Shown: positions 45,579 through 54,656 of the stretch, piece after piece | Layout of the letters: the number at the start of each line of letters is the position of its first letter | Position numbering within the stretch: the first letter of the stretch is position 1 | Assembly: GCA_963748625.1 (NCBI GenBank) | Contig: CAVVJT010000010.1 | Coordinates: forward strand, 1,312,001-1,376,000 | DNA length: 64,000 bases | Direction of reading: 5' to 3' | Source of the DNA: an uncultured Chloroflexia bacterium | Lineage (GTDB): Bacteria > Chloroflexota > Limnocylindria > Limnocylindrales > CSP1-4 | Notes under the pieces: model-generated | Database searches by the model: none | Told to the model about the DNA's origin: nothing | What the model saw: the letters and a program-made list of their open reading frames with translations, nothing else | Position numbers and translations under genes: made by a program

Positions 45579-46397
45579 GTGTCGATGGCAACCCTCCGCA
45601 TCTCGCTCCTGTCGGTGTCGTTCGGTGCCGGCCTCGCGCCGCTGATCAAGGAGGCGCGGACTCTAACCGGCTGGACGCAGCGCGAGCTCGCGGACAACGC
45701 GAAAGTCTCGCAGGCACAGGTCTGGCGCCTGGAGTCGGCGCAGCCGGGCGCCCTCGACCTGGCCCGGGTCGAGCGCGTGCTCAGGGCCCTGGGCATCCGC
45801 GCGACCCTGGAGCTCGATAGCCGCCACCTCGTCGACCGCGAGCGGCAGCGCGATGCCCTGCACGTCCGGATCACCGGCTTCCTCGCCCGTCGGTTCCGGC
45901 GCCACGGCTGGCTGACCGCGACCGAGCTGCTGATCCCGGGCGAGCACGGCCCGCGCGGCTGGATCGACCTCGTCGCCTTCCGGGAGATCGACGAGACGCT
46001 GATCGTGGAGGAGACGAAGACGGAGCTGCCCGACATCGGCGCCCTGCAGCGGAGCCTCGCGTTCTACGAGCGGATGGCCTGGCGAGCGGTCGAGGTGCTC
46101 GGGTGGCGGCCGCGGCGGATCGTCGTGCTGTGTGTCGTGCTCGACTCGGACGCGGTCGCCGACCGGATCGTCGGTGCTCGCAGCCTCCTGCTCGATGCGT
46201 TCCCGGCCGACGTCGGCGCCACCCTGCGCTGGATCGAGGATCCCGCGGCGCCCGTTCCGACCGACTGGTGCCTGGCCGGGGTGGATCCGATGTCGAGGAG
46301 CCGGGCCTGGATCCGCGGGACCGACCTCCGCCGCCGCCGGCGCCGGCCGGTGTACCGGGACTACGCCGATGCGATGGCACGGATCGGGCGGCGCTGA
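45579..46397 (+). CDS. HTH-XRE + PD-(D/E)XK nuclease-like protein
   Basis: Cro/C1 HTH IKEARTLTGWTQRELADNAKVSQAQVWRLE; restriction-endonuclease-like motif ATE...GWIDLVA...IVEETKTE. Confidence 0.8.
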   Translation: MSMATLRISLLSVSFGAGLAPLIKEARTLTGWTQRELADNAKVSQAQVWRLESAQPGALDLARVERVLRALGIRATLELDSRHLVDRERQRDALHVRITGFLARRFRRHGWLTATELLIPGEHGPRGWIDLVAFREIDETLIVEETKTELPDIGALQRSLAFYERMAWRAVEVLGWRPRRIVVLCVVLDSDAVADRIVGARSLLLDAFPADVGATLRWIEDPAAPVPTDWCLAGVDPMSRSRAWIRGTDLRRRRRRPVYRDYADAMARIGRR

Positions 46398-46398
46398 T

Positions 46399-46469
46399 CC
46401 GCTGGCCGGGCCGCGAGCCGGCTGGCCCGCCGCGAGCCCGCTGGCCGGGCCGCGAGCCGGCTGGCCCGC
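46399..46469 (+). repeat. About 31-bp direct duplication (ccgctggccgggccgcgagccggctggcccgc)
   Basis: Two copies between the HTH-nuclease stop and the right repeat arm. Confidence 0.8.
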
Positions 46470-46498
46470 TCCTGCCCCCTGACCCGCTCCCGACCCCC

Positions 46499-46620
46499 CG
46501 CTGACTCGGCCCGGAGTCAGGAGCGGGTGGTCCGTGCGGGCTGCGTGCAGCAAAGTCGGAGTTGGCGGTACGGACCGTGCGGGCATGGGGCGCTGGTGAC
46601 TCCAGGCGGAGTCGGGGCGC
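46499..46620. repeat. Right arm of long imperfect inverted repeat (two REP-like palindromes)
   Basis: ctgactcggcccggagtcag ... gtgactccaggcggagtcgg; mirror of 45401-45524. Confidence 0.85.
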
Positions 46621-46691
46621 CTGAGCGCCTGGGCCGGGACCGGGGACCGTCGCCTGGGCCAGGGCGCCTGGGCGAGGGCACCCGACAGCGC

Positions 46692-48218
46692 CTACTCCGG
46701 GCCCAGGTCGTACCCCATCCAGCGCGGCAGGCGAACCAGCCAGCGCAGCGGCGGCGGCACGTAGCCGGCCTCGTCGTCGCGCTGCTCCTTCGCCACGATC
46801 GACTCCCGGATCACGCGCGCGCCCAAGAAGCGGAACGGCTCGGGCGGGAAGCGCCGCGCGCGGTGCCCGACCAGCGGCAGGCGGGCGGCGGGATCGTCGA
46901 GCCTCACCTGCGCCAGCGCCGCCAGCACCTGGCCGCCCAGCCAGGACGGCCCGACACCCGTCCCGCTATAGCCGTGCCCGTAGTGGATCCGTCCGCCCTC
47001 GAGCGTCCCGAACGAGGGCAGGTGGTTGGGCGCGATGTCGATGGGACCACCCCAGGCATCCACCAGCCGCACGTCGTCGAGCATCGGGAAGTACCGCCGG
47101 AATCCGCGCGCGGCCAGCATCGCGGACCCAGGATCGTGCTCCACCCAGCGCCCCAGCCGCCCGCCGTAGCCCGCGCGGCCGCCACCGCCGCCGAACGCGA
47201 TCCGCCCGTCATGCGTGGTCCGGAAGTAGTGGTTCGTGAAGCGGCAGTCCGTGATCCCCTGGCCGCCCGTCCAGCCGATCTCCGCGAGGCGCTCCGGGAT
47301 CGGCTCGGTGATGACCATGTACGACGACCACGTGATCATCCGCGACCCGAAGCCCGCCCCCGGCCAGCCGGCGGCCCAGGCGTTGACGGCCAGCACAGCA
47401 TGCCCGGCCCGGATGGCCGGCCCCAGGGAGGTCGTCGCCCGCACGCCGTCGCCGTCGAGCCGCAGGTCGGCAACCCGCGTGTGCTCGTGGATGACGACGC
47501 CCCGGTCCAGCAGCACCTGGCGCAGGCCACGGGCGAGCCGGGCCGGCTGAACCATCGCATCACGGGGGATGAGCATGCCGCCGCGCAGGACCGGGGAGGC
47601 GCAGATCCGCTGGACCTCCTCGCGCGAGAGGGCGCGGTACCTGTCCGCCACGCCCAGGTCCGCGGCGAGCTCCAGGATCGATGCCCATGCGTCGTCCTGG
47701 ACCGGTGACCCGCTCGCGACGACCATCCCGCCTGCCTGCCACTTCGCATCCACCCCGTGACGCCCGGCCCACTCCCCGATCCAGCCGGCCACGCCGTCGA
47801 GCGCCATGGCCGCCTCGAGGCCCCGCTCCGGCCCGAAGTTCGCGACCAGCGCCGGGAGGTAGTCCCACCACGAGGTGAGGAACCCGCCGTTGCGGCCGCT
47901 TGCACCGCCGCCCACGATGTCGGCCTCGAGGATGACGACCCGCAGGTCCGGTGCCTGCTCGGTCAGCCACCACGCGGTCCACAGGCCGGTGAAGCCGCCG
48001 CCCACGATGACCACATCGGCCACGCCATCCCCGCCAGGCGGCGGACAGACGACGCCCGGATCGTCCGCGAGGGCGTCCCGCAGCCACCAGCCACGTTGCT
48101 CGCCCGGCCGGAGCACGGCCATGTCACGGGCCACCACGCGCCGGATGCGGGCCCGATCCCCGGGCCGCCGGTTCGGGTCCGGCGCAGGCGCGTGACGCGG
48201 CTTGGTGGCGGCCGGCAT
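46692..48218 (-). CDS. FAD-dependent oxidoreductase (DAO/PuuB-like)
   Basis: DVVIVGGGFTGLWTA, GASGRNGG, AWGGPID and GYSGTGVG. Start is 48218 or 48122. Confidence 0.9.
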   Translation of the reverse strand: MPAATKPRHAPAPDPNRRPGDRARIRRVVARDMAVLRPGEQRGWWLRDALADDPGVVCPPPGGDGVADVVIVGGGFTGLWTAWWLTEQAPDLRVVILEADIVGGGASGRNGGFLTSWWDYLPALVANFGPERGLEAAMALDGVAGWIGEWAGRHGVDAKWQAGGMVVASGSPVQDDAWASILELAADLGVADRYRALSREEVQRICASPVLRGGMLIPRDAMVQPARLARGLRQVLLDRGVVIHEHTRVADLRLDGDGVRATTSLGPAIRAGHAVLAVNAWAAGWPGAGFGSRMITWSSYMVITEPIPERLAEIGWTGGQGITDCRFTNHYFRTTHDGRIAFGGGGGRAGYGGRLGRWVEHDPGSAMLAARGFRRYFPMLDDVRLVDAWGGPIDIAPNHLPSFGTLEGGRIHYGHGYSGTGVGPSWLGGQVLAALAQVRLDDPAARLPLVGHRARRFPPEPFRFLGARVIRESIVAKEQRDDEAGYVPPPLRWLVRLPRWMGYDLGPE

Positions 48219-48236
48219 GGGCAACCCCTCGTGCGC

Positions 48237-49115
48237 TCAGGAGCCGGAGGAGTCGGGCCGCCCGCCGGCAGCCGGCCCTTCCCCTGCCCGCCGCACGTCG
48301 ATGACGCTGCGCTCGAGATCCCCCAGCTTCGAGAGGAGCGCTTCGGTCTGCGCCTGCTGGGCGGTGATCATCGCCCGCAGCTCCGCGACCTGGGCCTCGG
48401 GCGCGGGCAGGGCCCGCTGGCGGCGGCGAAGGGGGCGCGAGGGGGCCAGGAAGGCGTTTGCGATGAAACCGGTCAGCACCGAGAACAGCGCGATCCCCGA
48501 GAAGAGGAGCACGGAACCCACGATCCGCCCGGCCTGGGTGACCGGGTACTGGTCGCCGTAGCCCACCGTGGTGACGGTCACGAGCCCCCACCAGACAGCA
48601 TCCGACCCATTGGTGATGTTCGCGAGCGGGTCACCATCCTCCGCGTAGAAGACCGCGATCCCGGCAACCTCAACCACCACGATCACCAGGAACACCGTCA
48701 GCAGGAACGTCGCCTGGGCACGACTCGCGAGGATCTCCCGGACGACGTCCGGTCGGCCGATCTTGCGCATGATGCGGAGGACGCGGGCCACCCGCAGCAG
48801 CCGGAACACGCCGAGCATGGGCACGGCGCCGATGAGGTCCGCCCAGCCGAAGCCTCGCAGCAGGTACATGTGCCGGGGCCGGGTGGTGAGCACCCGGTAG
48901 GTGAAGTCGAACAGGAACAGCGGCAGCAGGAAGATGTCGACCGCCAGGGTCACCTGGGACACGATCCCGTCGAGCGGCATGAGGTACAGGATCGTGTTGG
49001 TGACGGACACGATCGACACCGCGACCATGAACAACTCGTAGCCGGCGGTCTTGAAGTCGGCCGGGGGCAGGTAGACGGCCGACCGGGCTCCCTGGGCTCC
49101 TTGGGGTTCCTGCAT
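48237..49115 (-). CDS. Voltage-gated-type potassium channel / ion transporter
   Basis: S4-like FRLLRVARVLR; pore WWGLVTVTTVGYGD. Confidence 0.92.
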   Translation of the reverse strand: MQEPQGAQGARSAVYLPPADFKTAGYELFMVAVSIVSVTNTILYLMPLDGIVSQVTLAVDIFLLPLFLFDFTYRVLTTRPRHMYLLRGFGWADLIGAVPMLGVFRLLRVARVLRIMRKIGRPDVVREILASRAQATFLLTVFLVIVVVEVAGIAVFYAEDGDPLANITNGSDAVWWGLVTVTTVGYGDQYPVTQAGRIVGSVLLFSGIALFSVLTGFIANAFLAPSRPLRRRQRALPAPEAQVAELRAMITAQQAQTEALLSKLGDLERSVIDVRRAGEGPAAGGRPDSSGS

Positions 49116-49139
49116 GCGCTCCCTCAGGTGGCGGTCCCG

Positions 49140-51428
49140 CTACGGGGCCGCGTAGGCCTCGTGGATCAGGTTGGCGATGGTCGCCGTCCAGCCCGTCTGC
49201 GCATCCGCACCCAGGCCGACGCCGGTGTTGCCGTCGAAATACTCCCAGATGCGCCCGGTCGCCTGCCAGTTCGATTCGACCGTGGCGATCGTACGCTCGC
49301 GCAGGTCCGCGGCGAGGGCCGGATCCACGTCGTCGAGCGCCTCGATGACGAGGTAGCTGTAGGGCAGCCAGATGGGCCCGCGCCAGTTGGAGTTGACGCC
49401 ACGCCCGGCGAGGCCGGGGGTGTAGATGTACTCCGCGGCCGACATGCTGCGCAGCCCGTGATCGGAGAGGAGCTTGTTGGGGTCGCGGATCGCGTCGAGC
49501 ACCCGGGGCAGCCGGTCGGGCGGGACGATGCCCGCGATCAGCGGCACGAGACCGCTGTACGTCACCGTGGTCCGCAGCCCGTTCACGTCGGCGTCGAAGT
49601 AGAAGCCCTCCTCCTCGCTCCAGAGGTTCGCGTTGACCGCTGCCGCGATCCGCTCACGCTCGCCGCGCCAGGCGGCGGCCTCGTCGTCCTTGCCCAGCCG
49701 CTCCGCGATCGTCGCGAGATGGCCAGCGAACGCCGCCATCCACGCGGAACCGTCGGCCTGGGCGGCAGGCGAGCCGTCCTTGTTGCGCCCGCGCGGGAGG
49801 TTGTCCATGCCCAGGAAGCCGCCCGCGTAGAGATCGCCCCCGACCGAGTTGACCTCCTGCCAGTACTCGAACTGGCGGGCAAGGCCCGGATAGAGCCCTG
49901 CCAGGAAGGCATCGGCATCGGTGGTGCGTCCGGCTGCGTCATAGGCCTCGGCCACCCGCAGCGCGGACCAGCCGAACAGCGGCGGGCACTCGACGTCCAT
50001 CACCCACTCCGCGCAGGGGATGTGCCCGTCGGGCTGCTGCCAGCGATCCGAGAACAGGAACTCCAGCTGGTCTGCGCCGAGATCCGGATCCACCAGCGTG
50101 GCCGCGACGGCGTGGAACCCGGTGTCCCAGGATGCGAGCCAGGGGTACTCCCACTTGTCCGGCATGATCAGGACGTCGTGGGCGTCAACCTTGCCCTTCC
50201 AGGCATCGTCGAGCCCGGCCCCGTCCCAGGCGTAGTAGGACTTCGCCCACAGCAGCGACGAGAGCGCCGCGGCGTACATGTCCTGGTGGACGGTGACATC
50301 GTCGTGGAAGAGCGCTTCGGCCTCGTCGGCGCGCCGCTCGAGCACCGCGCCGGTCGCAGGCTGGACCGCGTCCGCGCGGGCCATGGCCGCAGCGGCTGCA
50401 GCACCTGGGTCATCGGTCGCCTCGGCCGCCGTTGCCGTGGCCACCTCGGTCATCCCGAACTCGAGGGTCCGGGTCTCCCCCGGCGCCAGGGTCACCTCGT
50501 ACGCGAGCGCCCCGATTCGTCCGCTCGGGTTGCCTGACAGGGCACCCGCCTTCAGGTTGGTGTTGATCGCCTTCTTGGCGTCCTCGGCCTGGAACGAGTC
50601 GGCGGCCGGCGCGGACACCGCCACGACCGAATCGCGCCCGTCGAGCAGCAGCGAGTCGGCTGCGGCCGTCACCGTGCCCGGCAGGTTCGTCCCGAACCAG
50701 CCCTTGAGCACGACCTGGAGCGTGTCAGCAGCCGTGCCCGTGTTCGTCACCGTCGAGCGCAGCACCCACGAGTCGGAATCCACCTTGGCGTTCTCCAGGC
50801 GGACGTCCCAGGTGGGCGCCGGGTCGGGCGTGGCCCCGGGCTGCTGGATGTCGAGCGAGGGCTTCGGCAGCTGGAGCCGGTAGTCGGCGTAGCTGTGGGT
50901 GGGCGTGTTGGCGCCGAAGGTGCGCCGGTCGATGATGGTCTCGCCGTTGTCGCCCAGGCTGTTGGACAGGCCGAACAGGCGCTCGGTCACCAGGACGTTC
51001 TTGCCGTCCCAGAACGCCCAGCCGACGTGGAACTCGCCCTCGTCATCGGAGATGGCGGCGATCCCGTCCTCGGCATAGGTGTAGTCAACGCGGGTCGCCT
51101 CGAGCGGCGACATGCCCCAGCCGTTGCCGCCCTGGCTCTGGCGCGGGTTGCCCCACTCGCGCTCGGACACGTAGGTGCCCCAGCGATCGTCGAGCGCGTC
51201 GGCGGCGGGCATCCCCTCGACGATGGCCGGATCGAACGACGGCGCCGGGGTGGGCGCGACGGTGGGAGCTGGCGTCGGCGTCGTCGTGGACGGGGTTGGC
51301 CCGTTGGTCCCACAGGCTGCAAGCGCCACCACGAGCAGCAGCGCGGCGGACGGCAGGAGACGGGCGCCGGGGACGCCCTCGCGCAGGATGGTTCGGATCA
51401 CGTGATGCCTCGAGGTCGCACCGGGCAT
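49140..51428 (-). CDS. Glycoside hydrolase family 63-like (MGH1-like) lipoprotein
   Basis: Lipobox ALAAC; RWGTYVSEREWG, MPDKWEYPWLASWDTGFH, GGFLGMDN, NSNWRGPIW and EYFDGNTGVGLGADAQTGWT. Confidence 0.85.
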   Translation of the reverse strand: MPGATSRHHVIRTILREGVPGARLLPSAALLLVVALAACGTNGPTPSTTTPTPAPTVAPTPAPSFDPAIVEGMPAADALDDRWGTYVSEREWGNPRQSQGGNGWGMSPLEATRVDYTYAEDGIAAISDDEGEFHVGWAFWDGKNVLVTERLFGLSNSLGDNGETIIDRRTFGANTPTHSYADYRLQLPKPSLDIQQPGATPDPAPTWDVRLENAKVDSDSWVLRSTVTNTGTAADTLQVVLKGWFGTNLPGTVTAAADSLLLDGRDSVVAVSAPAADSFQAEDAKKAINTNLKAGALSGNPSGRIGALAYEVTLAPGETRTLEFGMTEVATATAAEATDDPGAAAAAAMARADAVQPATGAVLERRADEAEALFHDDVTVHQDMYAAALSSLLWAKSYYAWDGAGLDDAWKGKVDAHDVLIMPDKWEYPWLASWDTGFHAVAATLVDPDLGADQLEFLFSDRWQQPDGHIPCAEWVMDVECPPLFGWSALRVAEAYDAAGRTTDADAFLAGLYPGLARQFEYWQEVNSVGGDLYAGGFLGMDNLPRGRNKDGSPAAQADGSAWMAAFAGHLATIAERLGKDDEAAAWRGERERIAAAVNANLWSEEEGFYFDADVNGLRTTVTYSGLVPLIAGIVPPDRLPRVLDAIRDPNKLLSDHGLRSMSAAEYIYTPGLAGRGVNSNWRGPIWLPYSYLVIEALDDVDPALAADLRERTIATVESNWQATGRIWEYFDGNTGVGLGADAQTGWTATIANLIHEAYAAP

Positions 51429-51557
51429 GGCGCACGTCCGGGACGGACGCGCGGCGATGCGACGATCCGGATTGTACGAGCGCCCGCGGAACCGCCACCA
51501 GGTGGGCCGCTGCGGTGAGCGTCCTAGACCGGCGTTCCGGACGCGCTTAGACCGACA

Positions 51558-52532
51558 TCAGATGCGCTCGCGCACTGCCTGCGTCCCCGACCCGGACGAC
51601 TTGCCGATCTGGTCGCCGTGGCGGATGTAGATCAGCCAGTACACGGCGCCCACGAACACGCCGCCCCCGATGATGTTGCCGATGGTGACCGGCACCAGGT
51701 TCCCGATGAACGCGAGCCACGTGACGTCCGGGAAAGCCGCGGGCGTCTGCCCGATCGACGTCCAGAACGACTCCGGGGCGAACGTCTTGACGAGCACCGC
51801 GAACGGGATGAAGAACATGTTCGCGACCGAGTGCTCGAAGCCCGCCGCCACGAACGCGGCGATCGGCGGCACGAGCGCCAGGATCCGGTCGGTGGTGGTA
51901 CGCGCGGAGTAGGTCAGCCAGACGGCAAGGCACACGAGCACGTTGCACAGGATCCCGAGCAGCAGGGCCTCCGTGAACCCGAGATGGCCCTTCGCCTGGG
52001 CGATGCTCAGGGCCGTGAGCCCGAACCCGCCGCCGGCGGCGCTCCACTCACCGGCGACGAACAGCGTGACCGCGATCCCGACCGCGCCCACGAGGTTGCC
52101 GGGGTAGACGATCGCCCAGTTGCGCATGACCGACCAGATGCCGATCCGCCGGCTCGCCCAGCTCATGACGAGCAGCGTGTTGCCGGTGAACAGCTCGGCA
52201 CCGCCGACGACCACCAGGATCAGACCCAGCGAGAACACGATGCCCATCAGGAGCTTCGTGACGCCCCACGGCAGGCCATCGGTGCCCGGGACGACGGTGG
52301 CCACGCCGATGGCCGAGATCGCTCCGAACGCGATGAAGGCCCCCGCGAGGACGGCCAGCACGAACGTCGGGACGATCCCGGTCTGCGCCTTCTTCGTGCC
52401 GATGAGCGAGCCCCGGTGGGCCATCTCGAGCGGCGTCAGCGCCTCGAACGGCGACTGGGAGGTGGGGGCGGGCCTCTGGCCCGTTGGCGCGGGGACCGCT
52501 GGCGCGGGGGTGACCGCCGTGTCCGGGCTCAT
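51558..52532 (-). CDS. focA: Formate/nitrite transporter (FocA/FdhC-like)
   Basis: LAGAFIAFG, GAELFTGN, GILCNVLVCLAVW, GFEHSVANM and VTIGNIIGG. Confidence 0.9.
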   Translation of the reverse strand: MSPDTAVTPAPAVPAPTGQRPAPTSQSPFEALTPLEMAHRGSLIGTKKAQTGIVPTFVLAVLAGAFIAFGAISAIGVATVVPGTDGLPWGVTKLLMGIVFSLGLILVVVGGAELFTGNTLLVMSWASRRIGIWSVMRNWAIVYPGNLVGAVGIAVTLFVAGEWSAAGGGFGLTALSIAQAKGHLGFTEALLLGILCNVLVCLAVWLTYSARTTTDRILALVPPIAAFVAAGFEHSVANMFFIPFAVLVKTFAPESFWTSIGQTPAAFPDVTWLAFIGNLVPVTIGNIIGGGVFVGAVYWLIYIRHGDQIGKSSGSGTQAVRERI

Positions 52533-52556
52533 CGGGTCCTCCTGTGGAGGCGAGGA

Positions 52557-53630
52557 TCAGCCCTCGCCGAGCTCGCCTGCGCGATACGCCTCGAGGAAGT
52601 CCATGGCGAACATGTCCACGCCGTTGAGGACGTCGGCCGCCATGCGGAACGGCTTGGCGTCGCGGTCCATCGTGCGCACCTTGTCAACGCTCAGGGTCAC
52701 CGGGTCGATGATCCCGGAGTCCACACCGTTGTCGATCCCGAGGGCGACGAAGACGTCGTTGATGAGCTTGCGGTTCGGGAGGCCGAAGGACACGTTCGAC
52801 AGGCCGCCGGTGAGCCGGACATCGGGGCCGTGCTCCTCGCGGAACAGCTTCGCCGCGCCGAGGAAGTTGGCCCCGTTCACCGAGTCCACGGCCGCCGGCA
52901 GGACGAGCAGGTCGACATGGCAGTCGGCCGGCGCGATGCCGCGCTCGAGCGCGGCCGCGTAGATCTCGTTGGCATTCTTGACCTTGCCCTCGATGTCGGC
53001 CGGGAGCGAGCCCTTGCCGGCGGCCGAGAGGACGACCGCGGCCTTGTTGGCGGCGGCCAGGTCCAGGGCCTCGGGGCGTTCGGCTGACGCCGAGTTCAGG
53101 AGGAGCGGACCGCACGGCGTGGTGCTGGCCCGGAAGCCCGCCTCGAGCGCCTGGAGCGACGACGAATCGAGCGAGATCGGCACGGCCAGCGTGGGCTCCA
53201 GGAGGCGGACCAGCCACTCCATGGCGATGACGCGCACGCCCTCGTCGGCGTCGATCTCGTCGACGTTCACGTCGATGTAGTGCGCGCCGGCCCGCTGCTG
53301 GCGGATGGCGGCTGCGACGAGGTAGTCCTTGGCGTCCTGCGCCGCCTCGGGGGTCACGGCGCCGGTCTTGGCGACATCCAGCACGCCGTCGCCGCCCAGC
53401 CCGAGGAGCAGGGCGTTGCGGATGTGCTTGACCTTGTTCTTCGCGAACTCGGCGGAGGCTGCAACCGGTTCGCTCATCGGGACCATGCGGGAGGCGCCCG
53501 TCACGTCCGTGAAGGCCACGAACTCGGCGCCCTCGACCGTGACGATGTTCTTGCCCTTGCGCTGGTAGCTGCGGGTGGCGTGGACGTTCTCGCCGATGAC
53601 GATGAACGGGGCGCGCTCGGGGCTGGTCAC
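52557..53630 (-). CDS. Pterin-binding methyltetrahydrofolate:corrinoid methyltransferase (AcsE/MetH-pterin-like)
   Basis: FIVIGENVH, GAHYIDVNV, ISLDSS, LLNS and GGLSNVSFGLPNRKLIN. Confidence 0.85.
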   Translation of the reverse strand: MTSPERAPFIVIGENVHATRSYQRKGKNIVTVEGAEFVAFTDVTGASRMVPMSEPVAASAEFAKNKVKHIRNALLLGLGGDGVLDVAKTGAVTPEAAQDAKDYLVAAAIRQQRAGAHYIDVNVDEIDADEGVRVIAMEWLVRLLEPTLAVPISLDSSSLQALEAGFRASTTPCGPLLLNSASAERPEALDLAAANKAAVVLSAAGKGSLPADIEGKVKNANEIYAAALERGIAPADCHVDLLVLPAAVDSVNGANFLGAAKLFREEHGPDVRLTGGLSNVSFGLPNRKLINDVFVALGIDNGVDSGIIDPVTLSVDKVRTMDRDAKPFRMAADVLNGVDMFAMDFLEAYRAGELGEG

Positions 53631-53720
53631 GGGTCGCGGTCTCCTGGCGGGTTGGTTGGGGGCCTGGGCTGGGATGGTGAGGTGGATCCTGATGATCATG
53701 CGGCCCGGACAGGCCGGCGG

Positions 53721-53749
53721 TCTTGTATCGCGATCCCGTTCTTTGGTAC
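53721..53749 (-). promoter_or_regulatory. GTACCAA-N15-TACAAGA motif upstream of the methyltransferase
   Basis: The same motif with the same spacing occurs at 61402-61430. Confidence 0.55.
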
Positions 53750-53786
53750 GTCCGTGCCGCGGCAGGCAGCTCTGACGCGGCGGTTC

Positions 53787-54587
53787 CTACCCGGCCTCCG
53801 CCTGGCCGACCGGCCGGAGCGGCTCCCAGCTCTGCTCGCGGAACCTCCGGGGCGTCACACCACGGCTGCGGCTGAACACCTTGGTGAGGTGGCTCTGGTC
53901 GTAGAAGCCGCAGGCCTGCGCGATGTCCGCGATCGAGCGGTCGGTGTTCAAGAGCATCTCGCAGGCGAGCTCCACGCGCGCCTGGCGCAGCAGGGCAGTG
54001 AACGTGAGCCCGGTGCGCTCGCGCAGGAGCCGGGAGAAATGGCTCGGCGAGACGCCCACCGCGCGCGCCGTCTCGTCGCGGGTCAGCTCCTGGTCCGCGC
54101 GCTCGCGAATGTGGGTCACCGCGGCGGCGATCATCGTCGATGGCGATGACGGCCCGGTCCGCTCGATCGAGTCCACGACCCGGTCCAGCATGCGGTTCAG
54201 CCACGCGGCAAGGCCCTCGTCATCCTCGAGCGCGGCCAGCTCGTCCAGCGACCGCGCTGTCTGGCCGAGCACGTCGGTGGCCGAGGAGCCCGCGGCGATC
54301 GCAGCCCGCGACATCATCACCACCGGCTCCACGAGGAGGCCCCGGAGCAGGTCGCTGCGTTCCGCGTCGGCCGCATAGATGTGCAGGAGGACGTGGTTCA
54401 GGAGCCGGACCGCATCGCGCCGGTCGCCGCGCGCGATCGCGGCCAGCAGCGACGGCTCGAGGTAGAGATAGAACTCCCGGATCCGGTCGTAGGGACGATC
54501 GACCGGGAGGTCGATGGCCGGATAGTCGTTGGCCATCGGCCGCGCCGTGGACGGCACGTCGGTCTGCGGCCGGGACCTGGACTGCAT
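53787..54587 (-). CDS. AraC family transcriptional regulator
   Basis: VGVSPSHFSRLL...RVELACEML...IADIAQACGFYDQSHLTKVF...GVTPRRFR. Confidence 0.92.
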   Translation of the reverse strand: MQSRSRPQTDVPSTARPMANDYPAIDLPVDRPYDRIREFYLYLEPSLLAAIARGDRRDAVRLLNHVLLHIYAADAERSDLLRGLLVEPVVMMSRAAIAAGSSATDVLGQTARSLDELAALEDDEGLAAWLNRMLDRVVDSIERTGPSSPSTMIAAAVTHIRERADQELTRDETARAVGVSPSHFSRLLRERTGLTFTALLRQARVELACEMLLNTDRSIADIAQACGFYDQSHLTKVFSRSRGVTPRRFREQSWEPLRPVGQAEAG

Positions 54588-54656
54588 CCGCAGAGTGTGA
54601 GGCAGAACAGTCGCGGCGTGTTGCCCGTGGGCGGCGCCGCGTGGCCCAGGCGCCGG

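Noticed and set aside
47757-50537. 926-aa plus-strand ORF and other long antisense ORFs (e.g. 5704-7698, 11453-13762, 54381-56069)
   Set aside because: These are shadow ORFs opposite well-supported genes, expected in very high-GC DNA, with no recognisable motifs.
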